Shown: piece by piece, positions 49,900 through 63,247 of the stretch
How the letters are laid out: each line of letters begins with the position of its first letter
How positions within the stretch are numbered: the stretch's first letter is position 1
DNA from: Nageia nagi
Lineage: Eukaryota > Plantae > Pinophyta
Assembly (NCBI GenBank): GCA_050084985.1
Contig: JBITNC010000001.1
Coordinates: forward strand, 59,272,001-59,336,000
Direction: 5' to 3'
DNA length: 64,000 bases
Made by a program: the position numbers and the translations under genes
The notes under the pieces: model-generated
Told to the model about the DNA's origin: nothing
The model's database searches: none
Seen by the model: the letters and a program-made list of their open reading frames with translations, nothing else

Positions 49900-52730
49900 T
49901 ATAATCACCCAAACAAATAAGGAAATTATCCTCTCATGATAAATTCAATTTTTCCAAGTGGAAGAAGATTTAGAGTACTTGTCCCACTGGACTAAACATT
50001 CATTAGTATACCAACTTCTTAATCTTTTGGTATTAAAAGTTATGATTTTAATAGGGATAACTTCAATAGCTTGAGGGTCCAACATTTGCAAGTTAGAAAA
50101 ATCTAGCACATGATAGGGATCAATAATGTCCTTTCTCAATAATGAGACATGAAAGAAATCATGAATTTTTGACCTGACAAGGCAAGTTTGTAGGCAACCA
50201 GACTCTTCTTCTTGACTATTTCATAAAGAACACCAAATTGAGGATCCAATTTGGATAGAATTTATGGCATTTTTCATGGGTCTAACTCATAAGAATATGT
50301 TGTCACTTATAGCAAATTATTGAGGAGTTTTCTTAAGGTTAGCATAACTCTTTTGTTGATCAGCAGCTTTCTTGAGCTTTTATCGTATGGACTTAAGTTT
50401 CTCCTCCATTTTCTTTAACATTTTAGGTTAGTTCATCACCTAATCATCCTGATTGTTCTAAGATAAAGGAGTTACTACATCTCCTTTAGTAAATAGCTTC
50501 AAAGGAGGTCATTCTCAAAATAAATGGTATCCATTATTATAGGCAAACTCAACTAAATAGAGATATTCCTCCCATTTAGTCTTTTGTTCCATGTAGTACA
50601 TTCTAATCATATCTTTAAGAACTTTATTCACATGTTTAGTCTATCCATCTATCTCTAAATGATATTCTAAAATTATGTTCAATTTTGTTCCGAGTGCATT
50701 ATATGATTTCCAAAAGATGGAGGTAAACTTTGAATCCCTATCTAATATGATCACCTCTAAAAATCCATACAATCTAAAAATTTCATGGGAAAACTTATTT
50801 TCCATAGTGGGAGCATCATCAATGGTATTTCTAGGTATAAAATGTGTTACCTTGGTCAATCCATCCACCACTACCAAAATTGATTCATGACGAATCTAGT
50901 TTTTGATAAACCAATAATAAAATCCATTGAAATTACTTGCTATTTTTGTGTGGGAACATCATGTGGATACAGATATCCACTTGGATGTCGATTCTCTTCT
51001 TTTACCTACTAACATTTAAGACATCTAGACATAAATTCCATCATGTATCTTTTCATACTATCCTAATAAACATTTTTGTTTCAAATCCTCTCTCATTTCC
51101 ATACCTCTAGGGTGTTCTGCATAAGGGGGATAATGGGCTTCTTGCATGATCAAATTTCTTAAATCTCCCTTCTTTGGGATAATCAATCTATCCTTAAATT
51201 AAAGAACTCCATCTTTCTCAATAATATCTTAGGATGATGGTGTACCTTTCCCTATCAATTCCCAAATAGATTTACAATATGGATATTCTTGCTATAAAAC
51301 TTTAACTTGATCAAAGAAATCAAATTCACTTTTTATCATGGAATTGATATATTATCTATGAGTTAGGGCATCTTCTACCTTATTCTTTTTCCCTTTAATG
51401 TATTCAATGCCAAATTCATACTTAGCTATGAACTCCATCCATCACCTTTGTCTAGCATTTAGATCCATTTGAGTGAACAAATACTTCAAAATTTGATGAT
51501 TTCTATAAAGTTTGAAGGGCTTTCCCAAAAGATAGTATCTCCACATCTTAAGTGCATGGACTACAGCTACTAAGTCAAGATCATGAGTTGCAAAATTCAG
51601 TCATGAGTTCTCAATTTCTTGGATTCATATGTTATAGGTTTTTCATTTTGCAATAGCACACCATCCAAACCTTCCAGTGAAGCATCTATTCGTACTAAGA
51701 AATCACCATGTGGATCATGGATGGTGAGAACAGGTGTTGTGTAAGCCTTTAATTTAGGATCATAAAAGCTTTTTCATATTTTTTTTATCCACTTGAACAC
51801 CTTATTCTTTTTCTAAAGGCTAGTGATGGGATTGGATATTTTTTAGAAATCATTGACAAACCTTCAATAATATCAAGATAACCCCATAAAACTTCTTACC
51901 TCAATTACATTTGTTGGCATAGGCCAACTCATTATCGCTTCCACTTTCTTAGGATCAAATGAGATTCCATTTGCAGATATGATATGGCTAGATACTGTAT
52001 TTGTAAAATATAAAATTCACATTTTGATAATTTTCAATATAATTGATTTCTCAATACTTATAGAGCCAATATCAAATGATGTTATGTTCCTTCTCATTTC
52101 TTGGATATATAAGGATGTCATCAAGAAATACCAACACAAACTTGTTGAGGTACTCTTGATACATGCTATTCTTTAAATTCATGAAAGTTGTAGGGGCAAT
52201 AGTTAACCCAAAAGGTAATTACATAAATTCATAGTGCCCATACATGGTTTTTAAACCTACTTTATGAGTATCTAAACTCTTGATTCTCAATTTGTGGTAT
52301 CCCAATCTTAAATCTATATTTGAGAAGATAGCAGCATCCTTAAGGTGATCAAACAAATCATCAATCCTAGGAAATGGATGCCTATTTCTTATGGTGACAT
52401 TATTTAGAATCTTGTAATCATTACACAACCTTAGGGTACTATATTTATTATTACAAATCACACTATATCATCCCATGGTAATACATTAGGATTTATCAAT
52501 TTTTTTCTAAGATATATTGTAATCGTACCTTCATCTCTTGCATCCAAATAGTGTTCATTCAATAGGGAGTTCTATAAATAGGCTCTACTCCAAGTACCAA
52601 GTATATCAAGAAATCAAATTCTCATTTTGGGGGTAATGCTAGTAGGTCATTAGGGAATCCATATTTGTATTATCTTTACAAAGGATACTTGTTCAGCAGT
52701 TCTACATCCTTATTATTTTGTTCAACCTCC
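49900..52730 (-). pseudogene. Tekay RT-RNase H-integrase-chromodomain
   Basis: ORF 52219 [31 protein letters not shown]...DLRLGYH; ORF 50641 VVVDGLTKVTHFIP...IILDRDSKFTS; ORF 49945 CLVQWDKYSKSSSTW (chromodomain). Confidence 0.93.
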
Positions 52731-52738
52731 TTAACTTT

Positions 52739-53370
52739 TGTTAGAATTTTAACCTTTACTTGGTTAGTTTAGTGGGAATAATTAAATTATTCTCATTTAC
52801 TTAGGTTAGAGGTAAATTATTTTATCCTCTATTTTTTATATATGTATTTGTGGTGTAAGGAAATATTCCAAAGGAATCCCTACATCTATCTTTTACTCTT
52901 ATGGACTTATAATTCTTCTCATAAATATGTGACAATAATTCTTTTTAATTCCTCATTTAAGATGATTATATAATGAGAGTTACACTAATTTGTACTCCTT
53001 CTATAATGGGTGTTATTTTATAACTCCCACCTTTTGTATTGCAAGGTGAAAAGTTTAGATTATAGGAGTTACTTAGTAACTCCCTCTCTTCACCTCTATT
53101 TATTGAGGTGCCTTCTCCTCTCTTCATCATCTTGGAATTCTCCTAAATCTTTGTAATGAGCTCTTTATAGCTCTCTTGTATTCTTGTTTGTTCTTTTTCC
53201 ATTCTTGCAATGTAGGAGGTTTTTTTCTTTATTTTTCCCCCTTAACAAATTTCTTGTCTCTTTGCATTTTGTGATTTCTCACTCATGATGCTATAATTTC
53301 TAACCTTGCATATTTTTTACTTTCAAGTTTTAGTAATAATTTTATTTTGATCCTCCTAAAATTTCTAACA
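52739..53370. mobile_element. Solo LTR (632 bp) in the Tekay PR-RT linker
   Basis: TGTTAGA...TCTAACA termini; perfect TSD ACTTT (52734-52738 and 53371-53375). Confidence 0.88.
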
Positions 53371-53375
53371 ACTTT

Positions 53376-54850
53376 GATTGCATATATCATTTCCCTTTTT
53401 TCTTATGTTTCTTTTAACTTGCATGGTTATGATCATGTAAGGCTCACAATGTAGATTCTATATTAGGTTTGAAACACATCAATGTATTCTACCCATCTTT
53501 CTTGAAATTCAATTAAGGCCTTATGAGCCATTAACAATCCATGCCCAAAATGATTTCATAAGAGGCTAAAGGAACCACATACAAATCCCAAATAGTAGAT
53601 CCCTTAGGTAATTATATTTCGACATCCCTAAAATACTATCTAATAGGGTACTTTTTTCTAGATCCAAACTCCACTTTCCATCCATTTGTCAAAAATTATG
53701 GTGTCTTAAACATATCTTTAACTAAGGTATTTGAAATAAAACTATTTATAGCACCACAATCTATCAAAATCCTATATAATTTATTAGAAACTTTACCAGG
53801 GATTTAAAGAGGAGTGGCTTTTCCTATAGTGTATGTTGATCCGATAGCTACAAAAATATGGTGTTTTTTTTATTGATCTACCTTCAAAGGACATTGATTT
53901 GCATAGTGAGATCTATCATAGTTCCAAAATCCATCTCTAGGACCCTTTTTTTATTCAAAAAACTTATCCTTAGTTACATTTTGATTAGTCCTTTTTTCTC
54001 AAAATCCTTGGCTATGGTTCATGAAACCTTAGCTTCCATTACCAAGGTTATATTTTTGTTTACATAACTGCTAATTTTTCCTCAAAAAACTCTTCTTCTT
54101 GCTATTTTTATTTCCAAATTTCCTTTTCTCAAACTTGGGTGGATTAACATCTTTATAACCAATATTATTATCCTTTATCTTCTTATTGCTTGGTTATTGT
54201 GCTTGATGTTTTTCACTTTTACTCTTTTGATAGATTTTCTTATCTTTTTCCTTTGGAAGGTTATAGTTCATGAAGGTTTTCTTGATACTCTAATTACCCT
54301 TTTCTCTCTTTGCAAGTTCATATGCTTCTTCAAGCATTTTGGGGCTTAATACAATCACCATAGTCTTGATCTTGGGGTCTAACCCAACAAGAAACCTATG
54401 AACCTTCATATGATTCTTATCTTCAAAAACATATTTGAGAAACATGACAAATTTTTGATGATAGCTTTGGACACTCATGGATCCTTATTGTAGGGTATAA
54501 TATTCTTCATCCTTTCTATCATAATAGAATTAGGGAATGAATCTTTTATGGAATGTTATAAAAAAATTTGTCCACTTTAGATACTATATCCCATGCTTAA
54601 TCTTGTAAGCATTACACCATTCTATTGCAATATCCATAAAATTATAAGTAGCCCACATATTTTTAGTTTTCATAGATAAGTTCTTCATAGAGAAGTATTT
54701 CTCTACTTCTTCTAACCATACTTTAGCTTACTCACCCTCTTGATTACCATTAAATATCAGGATTTGGGATTTCCTAAGATCTAAAGCAAGCTCTTGCTCA
54801 ATCCTTTGGTTGATTTGGTCATTTTTCCCTTCAAGTATTATTTGTTCTAG
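53376..54850 (-). pseudogene. Tekay gag and aspartic protease
   Basis: ORF 54290 MSVQSYHQKFVMFLKY...KVHRFLVGL (gag); ILIDCGAINSFIS and EIILGMD (protease). Confidence 0.85.
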
Positions 54851-55561
54851 AATAAATTCTTCTCATAGAGGTTCAACCTATTGATTTAGTAGATTAATTA
54901 TAATCTCATTACTTGACCACCTACTCTTATAACATTTTAATGGCTTCTTCACCTTCATTATTCCTAGTGGAACAACTTGTGGAACTCTCATTTTCATTTT
55001 TATTAGGTTCCTTTCAATTGGCACTACTCATTACCTATGTTCCTTGTATTTTGACCTATAATATTCCTTCTATTTTCCCTTGCATTAACATGCACAAGGA
55101 GACCACTCCCTACACCTTATTGTAGGTTTCCTAAAGCTCTTGTTATGCATCTTGGAATTGCCATAATCTAAGTCCACAAAATGGTGTTGTTATTAGAATC
55201 GAGCATATTCATCTCAACTTCCTTACTCTTATAGCAAAAGAGTCATGGACCATAGGCCCGAGATTTTGAACTAAATGCTTTGATACCAATGCAATGCTCC
55301 ACCTATTCCTAACTTCACAAAATCCTAAAATTTTAGACACTATTTTTTTGGTTAATTTCAATAATCAAGTGGTCTATGAATGGACAAGGTGATCCACATG
55401 AGCATATCAATGTTTCTAGCTAGTCAGTACTCACATGGCAAGATTTATTCAATCCATATTAACTAACTTTGATACAAATCCTTCTAGTGTTCACTTATCA
55501 ACACTCATCCTATTGAAAGATGCCTCATAAGTGACTTCACTATTTTTGTTCACAAATTGTG

Positions 55562-56441
55562 TGTTTACAAATAAAATTGAGCGTGTAAATAAATAAATAA
55601 GCAAATATCTACAAACTCAATATTATCTGTATTTGAGCTACGGATAGCAATTTATTCTAGATAACAAATAACAAAATAACCAATTCAGAAATGTAATTAT
55701 AATTATATCAAACAAGACTATGGTTTGTATACTTACCTTACGGAACGTACCTGACAACGAAAGATGAAGATGTTGGCGATGTACTGATGATGAACTACCT
55801 CTCAAAAATGTAGTCACCTATGAAGATGCAAAAAGAGGACCGCGGGCAGTCCGTTTCAGAGATAATAGAGCACCGGTGGTGTTCCTGGTTCATAAGGCAG
55901 CACCAACGGCCTTCTTTTGATGATTTTTGATCTCTCAATCAATTCCAGAGCTTTAATACGAATGTCTCAGATAGCAGTGTGATATCAGAATAGATCGTAG
56001 ATGTCAGGATAGCTCGCGAAAGGAAGCACACAAACCATAGCCTTGTAGGTGGTACCAAGAGATACCTTAAGGGGTAGCCACTTACAAGGCCATACGCGGG
56101 ATCATGTGTATCCTTATTATTGTGGACTTACTATTAGATCCCTTATTTATATAGATAATAGATAATACCGCCCATGGGTCGGCGTGCATCCACATAAATA
56201 AGGTTAATTCACAAGATTTAAGATAAACACATCAATAAACAAGATAATTCATGCAATACTCAAGATAATTCATGTAATATTCAAGATAACCCATGCAATA
56301 TTCAAAATAACCCATACAATATTCATATTCAAGCCAAACATTGATATTATCACTTTAATCCATTCAAGACATATAGTTGGGCCAAGCATATTTCATTAAT
56401 TTATTGATTTAAAAACATAAATTCATTTTTATGTGTTAACA
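55562..56441 (-). mobile_element. Young solo LTR (880 bp) in the Tekay 5' LTR
   Basis: TGTTTAC...GTTAACA; perfect TSD TTGTG; absent from the sister LTR (~31312); many CpGs; 21-bp tandem repeat at ~56240-56325; minus-strand CTATATAAATAAGGG. Confidence 0.9.
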
Positions 56442-58924
56442 TTGTGCAATAGATATTATGGCATAGTGTAGTGGTTTCCTAATCAAGGATCATATCACCC
56501 AAGATAATGCTCATCCACAAGGTTATGCATCTTTTCATATGATAACCCTCTAATTCATAGGTGTAGATAGATTATCCTAAAAAATCTTTATATAAAATAG
56601 TTAAGCATCATTGTCTATGGAATAATCATCACACTCCCATTTACTAAACTGCAGGTAGTATGACTACTAGTTACCTTCACCTAGTAACTACAATTTTATC
56701 AACTGCTATCCTCATCTAACAAACTATTAAGGATATGAGATACTAGCCTACCCATATCTATCAACTAGGCTCACCATGAAGTTTGGTAGCCCCATACCCA
56801 AATCTTAGGGAGCCATGGGTATTAGAATAATACCCTCGAGTGGTTTGTATAGTCTAATAAATTTTAAAGTAAGATTATAAATAAAAACCATCCCCACTCT
56901 AATGTTCCTAGAAATAATTGATCCTAGATCAATTATTAGGTTTTCTAAGTTTTATACTTGTATAAAGCAATAGGATGTTCCTCTAATCTAATTTCTTGCA
57001 AATAAACCACTTTTCACATTAATAATCATGTTTGATAAACAAGAACAATAAATTCATCAAACATGCATAAGAAGTTTCAAAACAAACTTGTTTATGAAGT
57101 CATCAAATAATATTCAATAGTACTTTACTAGAAATATCCCATATGCATGATGCAACACAAAGAATATTACTTTAAAAGCACATGAAATGCTAGAGAATAA
57201 TAACAAGCATTGAGATACACTAAAAAGATAGTTGCTTATAATAAGAAAGTATTGTATAGAGTATATCATACTCAAGAAGTATTATTTTTGTATATCATTT
57301 ATTGAATTTATGATAATAAATATTTGACCAAGTTATCATCTATAGGATTAAGGTCTACATTGTCTTCTAGGGTTTTAGGACCTTGATTAAGCTTTTTTGT
57401 AAGATCATTTATACATTTTAGGCTTCATGTAAGCTTGTATCAAGTCATTATTAATTTAACTACTTCAAAGTAATTCATGCCTATAGCTCCATCATTTCTT
57501 AAATGTTTTATCTTTAAGAAATTCATGTCCTTATTCAAGGATATGATACCATTATTTCTTTAATCTTGATTAACATTATGATATACTTATTGTTTTTATC
57601 CACATACCCTTTATTGTTTTTCATAAGAGAGTTTCCTTTTTAACATTTGACTATTCATAAGTCACATTAGGATTCTATCATAATCAATTCAAGTTGGGGA
57701 ATATAGAAATTACTTTGTTTTACCAAATAGTTAACTTCATATTAGTATGTTTAGGGTCCTTATAACAGTACTTATTTATCTTCCCAAAAGATTATTTGTA
57801 TTCTCACAAGCCATCTAAATACATTTAGGAGTATAATATAGGGTGAACAAATCGAACTTGAATTTTGATTTATCATTAACACCTACTTACATTCCTTTAT
57901 AAATGACTATACAATCAATGGGTAATGTCTTCACTTCATACCCTAATTTGTTACATGATGATAACAATCTATGATGAGGTAGGGAACCCTTTTTATAGAT
58001 CACAATATATAAGGCATTTAATTACATAAGTATCTCCATACAAATTTTGAAGAGGTTTTTTATCATAGCCTTGTCATATTTAGCATAGAAGGTCTTTAGT
58101 AAATCGTTTTCCTCTTGATATAGCTTATTGTCATCTTCAACTTCCATGTTTCTCCAAGGATCTAAGATTCATTGGATATTGGTACTAATAAAGGTTCTTG
58201 AGTTTTAAGGCTTAGGATAGCTCTTTTGACCAAAATACATCCTATATTAACTACATCATATTTCATTCCTTCACATGTAGTTTATTGACAATTCAACAAT
58301 TAATACCCTATTCTTGGACCTCAGGAGATTTTATGTTCTTTCTATAACTACCTCCCTTCCTTGGTTGTAGTGTAGATTTTCATATATAGTTATTTTACAT
58401 GCATCAAATATGATTCAAAATAATATTATGTAATCAAATGAACATATCACTATTCCACAACGTTAATCTTTAAAATAGTTCTAACATGATTTATCTTCAA
58501 CTTGGTACTACTATTTAATTACATGATTCATACTCAAATATTTACATTTAATAAATTACTTTGACATAGTTGTTATTCAAAGTAATAATATTAATAAAAT
58601 ACCATCATCATGGTTCACCCATTATCATATAAGTCTATATTAATACTTATAAACACCATTTGTAGGTATACATCCATTCTCAACTAGAGATCATTCAGTC
58701 ATATTTTCACCTTTTTAAACTCTCCTAAAATTCAATATATATATTTTTTATTTTAATAATTTTATAATCCTTCTATACAAAATTATTTCAATAAATTTAT
58801 TTCAATATTTTTTAAACTAAGGAAATATTAAAAAATAAATATTAATGGTAGCTTTGCATAGTAAACATATATAGCAAGGTTCCAACCTATTGCACCACGC
58901 AGTTTGTAAAGGGACTCATCAATA

Positions 58925-61700
58925 GGACAACTCTATGAATTGTTTGACAAAATTCCACTTCAAAATGTTGTCTCATGAATCATAATGATTTTCAAGATAT
59001 ACACATAATGGTTATGTTAAAATGGCCTATAATTTATAATATGGAACATCTCATTGAGATTTAGTCTCATGGTTTGCAATGATCATAGGATATACACAAA
59101 AAGGCTTACTTTAAAAAGGGTTAAGAATTGTTTGATAAAATATCTCATCAAAAAGAAGTCTCAGGGATCTAAATAATCATGTGATATGATAAGACAAATA
59201 TTTGGAAGGATTATGGATGGGTCTAAGAGAGTGATGATAGTTGCATGTAGGAAATACATGAGTGATGGAGCATATGCCCTAAATTGGGCATGTACAAATG
59301 GGACGGGCCCATCATTTTCACAAATCACATGAGGGAGAAGGTCCTAGTTTTTTGGAGGCATGATGAAGTGGCATGTGATGATTAGATAAGAGGGGTGGTT
59401 CCTAAGCTATCACCTTCTTAAAATCATCACATTTGAAGATTTTGGAAACTATTTTCATGCAATGAAGATGATAGGATACAAGAGACTAGAATCCCCTATG
59501 GGGAACAAATTCAAGATGGATCCTAAATTCTAGAGAATCCTATGCGTGGGATGGGTTGATGGGTTTTTATATGCCCTTGATGGAAATAATTTGACTTGGT
59601 CAAGGTAGGTTGCAATCTCATAGGATACAGGCAAAGTGGTGATCAACAACAGGTAATTTTCCATCAACATAGAGCTAATTAAAGCAACTATAGGTATGGC
59701 CAATGTGGGATGCTAGTACAAAAGGGAAATGAAGGCACCCATTTTTGAGATTCATGCCTTCTATGTGTAAGGTGTGCCACTTCTTGAAACATAAAAAATA
59801 TACCTATCACATTTCCTCCATACAACACCCTTAGGATGGGGTGGCCCAAGTAATTTTCAAGCTTTTCACAATAAAGGGTAGGTTTACATAGTTGTTTAGA
59901 GTAATTTTATCCTCCAAAATCACTTTAGGGGAAGGGAGATGATCAATTTTCCCTTTTTCTATTCTATTCTCTTAGGGAAAGCATTCAAAAGAATATATAA
60001 GTATAGCCTTTACACTAGGGTTTCATCAATATTTTGGTAAATTTTGTGCATGTGGGGGTGTGACAAGTTAGGCCCCTATACTAGCAATTATCAATAGCTC
60101 CAATGTTGCACCCAATACCTGCTAACTCAAAGAGCTTTGAAGCCTATAGGAGCCCATCACTAGTAGTAATTTCATCATACTTAGAGGCACTAGACTTAAA
60201 GGAGGTATGCCTAAAGCTAGACCCTATGTAGGAGTTAAAAAGTAAGATCAAGTTAGTGAACTATTATGATGATGAGGACTTGGAGGAGGAAGAAACTAGC
60301 AAAAGTAGGGGAGAGTCAGCTATAGACCACCCAAACTCTCTAGTAGCTATGGGTGGGGAAGGTACTTCCAAAGTAGGTGAGTCCCCTAGGAAGGGGGAGA
60401 GGAGTCAAATGAATTTCAAATAGTGTTTAAGTAAGAAGAGGAATGGGCATGGTATCCACCAAAGTATGGGTACCAAGGACCAAATTTTTTGGGTAGTAGC
60501 TAGGATGGGGAGAAGTATAAGGAGACTCCTTAGTAGGAATTTACCTCCTAGAATCATCATGCATAACCTCAAAATGGTGGCCTCTAGGCCCCATCATACT
60601 AAATACCCTCATTCCTAAGATGAAGTTCAATAAGGCTTATGGGAAAATAAGGCATTTTAAGGAATGGAGAAGGATAAGAAAAGGAGGTAAGGATTAGAGG
60701 AAAGTATGGGAGTCATACAAGTACTAAATACCATTAAATATCCTTAGTATAGTAAGTAATGATTTGGTGATAGAATATGTAAGGTCACCCTAGCTTCCTA
60801 TTAGAATAAAATCCCCATAGCCATTCCAATTCCCAATTTTGAAGGATTTAACAACATGAAAATTGAGCTGCTATAGGATTGTTTTAACATGGACTCAAAA
60901 TTTGAGGTGGAATGGAGCTCCATTATCCAACCATTTTGAGGGTGGTGTGACCTGAAGATAGCACCAAAGGATGGTACCCCATAGTTGGTGTCACAATATG
61001 ATGATGGGGCACCTAGCTATGAGAAGATTGTTTATAGTTTATTTTACTTTCAATGCAAAATATTGAATATATATATGATGTAAATACAAGTTTTAGGGCC
61101 CTATTCTTTGAAAACCTACTATAAATAGTTTTTACCATTACAAAAAAAAATATGTTGGAAGGATTGGTGAATTATTTAAAAAAACCCTCTGAAATGCCAC
61201 TTGTTTAACCATAATGATCAAATATGAACAAATGGATAAGTTGGAAAAGCCTACAAATTTATTTTATAGAATACATTCATCAAAATATCACCTCATGGAT
61301 CATAGATAATCACAAAATGGATAAAATAAAAAAACCTATGAATGGTTAACAAAATGCTTCATAATAATGCATTATCAAGGTTCAAAATGGTGTACAATAA
61401 GAATATGTTGGAGAAATCTATGTATGATTTGATAGAATGCACTAGCAAAAGGCAATCTCATGGTTTGTTTACACAAACAGATGGATAATGGCTTAACAAA
61501 TGTTTCATCAAAATGCACTTTTATGGGTCGTAATCATCATAGATAAGCACAAATAAATATGTTGGGAAGGCCTATGATTGGTTTTGCCACATGCTTCATG
61601 AAATGTAGTATTAAGGATGTTAGTGTTCATATGATATGCACAAGTTTACATAAAAAATATCTACAAAGGATTTGGTAAAATCCTCTTTGAAATGTTGAGC
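58925..61700 (+). pseudogene. PPR motif array copy in the Tekay 5' LTR, split by the retroposed insert
   Basis: YELFDKIPLQNVVS; DLVSWFAMIIGYTQKG; ELFDKISHQKEVS; resumes after 61151 and aligns with 34060-34620. Confidence 0.85.
59213..61150 (+). pseudogene. Retroposed (poly(A) plus ~15-bp TSD) copy of a putative LTR-retroelement accessory ORF ('putative plant transposon protein'-like)
   Basis: TSD TAT-TTGGAAGGATT 59199-59212 / TATGTTGGAAGGATT 61151-61165; A9 at 61142-61150; absent from the sister LTR; decayed frame GFLYALDG..FSINIELIKATIGM..P*DGVAQVIFKLFTIKGRF..NHFRGREMINFPFFL..PLH*GFI. Confidence 0.7.
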
Positions 61701-62608
61701 CAGAATAGAGGAGAGCCAATGGTTAGGAAGTAATCAAGATTAAATGCTAAAAAAATATTTTCCCATAATATAGCTTTCTAAAAAAAAAAACTTCCCTAGT
61801 ACACACCACCCTTTTAATTAGTCTTAAGTGAAATCAAACAAAATACAAGGTGGGTACCAACACATGGCCCAATGTAATTTTTATTTTTATTTTAAATTTT
61901 TATTTCAAGTATTATGCTCAAAGAAATGGTTCACTCAAATTCATAAGACCATGAATTTTTATTTAATTTAATTTTTCCTATCTCTTCTTTATATACATGC
62001 GTACATGTGTGGACAAGGTGTACAAACATTCACATGCAAGGATATCAAATAATTACAAATAATATACTTTCTCATGGTATAATTAATGTAAGACTATTAA
62101 TAATAAATAACCTCAATAATATTATCACTCTTAAACAAGCATTTCACACCTTAAAATATACTATAAAAATTATCAAATGAAATTCAAAACTTGGCTAAGC
62201 ATTTTAGCACTAGTGTCTAAAATGCTAGGAAAAGCACCTAGACTTAAGAGGAGGAAGATTTTTTCCTACACATCTTATTAAACCAAGCTTTTGAGGAGAG
62301 GATAAGTGTAATAATGATCATTCACCTAGGTATTTATAACCAAAATATGGCATGGTCCCTCCAAAAGTATAATTATTTATCCACTTCACATGTTTTTGTT
62401 CATGAGGGGTAAGGGTTTTATTATTTTCTGGTAAGATTTTGATAATTTTATTTGAAATTCTTATATCTTACAAAATAATTTGTACACCTCACATTAGGCT
62501 TCAAAGTGTGTGGAAAAGGTTCATCAATAATTTTTCACACCTAACATATAAGATCAAAATGTATGGAGATGATTCCTTTATTATTTTCTTGCAAAATACC
62601 AAGATACC

Positions 62609-62680
62609 CTTTCAACTAACATAAAATATCAAAATAGTGTTTATCTTTCAACTAACATAAAATATCAAAATAGTGTTTAT
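62609..62680 (+). repeat. 36-bp tandem duplication private to the Tekay 5' LTR
   Basis: CTTTCAACTAACATAAAATATCAAAATAGTGTTTAT twice; single copy at ~49250. Confidence 0.85.
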
Positions 62681-63247
62681 ACCTAAGTTTTTTTTTTCAT
62701 TAAATCATTAGGATTTTATTTTTTGTAAATACTAAAATGATTTTCTAAAATTTCAAATGTAAATATTTGGAATATTCTTTCCAACTTCAAACATAGTCAA
62801 GTAATTTAGGCATGCTCATCAAGTTTTTGGCACACAAGTTTACCTACAGAGACCACCCATCTTGCAAGGTAAATTTTTATCAGTACACACACAAGAATTA
62901 TATATATCATAGGGATCAAATATCATGCATAATAATTATAATATGCATCCATATGATCTATGAAGGTCCCTATGGATATCAATGAATCAAACTCTAATCA
63001 TTTCCTCACTCTTACCAATCCATTCCCATAATCAACTCATGTTGGTTCCTTGGGGTCTCCAACCTAACTCCTACACTGAGTTAACTTGTAACCTATGTCA
63101 TAAACATCTCATATCCAACATCAAACCAATACAATATTGTATTTAACCATTCACAATTAATCATATCATAACATAAATAGTCTCAATTACAATGAGATTC
63201 CTAAAAGCATTCAAGTCATAATAAGAGCAATTAGGTGGGTTGTTACA

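Larger units (their letters stand above)
31048..63247 (-). mobile_element. Full-length decayed Ty3/Gypsy chromovirus (Tekay/Del-like) with ~5.1-kb LTRs
   Basis: 3' LTR 31048-49837 (contains element D) and 5' LTR 55290-63247 (contains two inserts); PBS GCTTTGATACCA 55277-55288; PPT TACTACCCCCCTT 49838-49850; TSD TCATT / TTATC, each one transition from TCATC; order gag-PR-RT-RH-INT-chromodomain. Confidence 0.93.
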
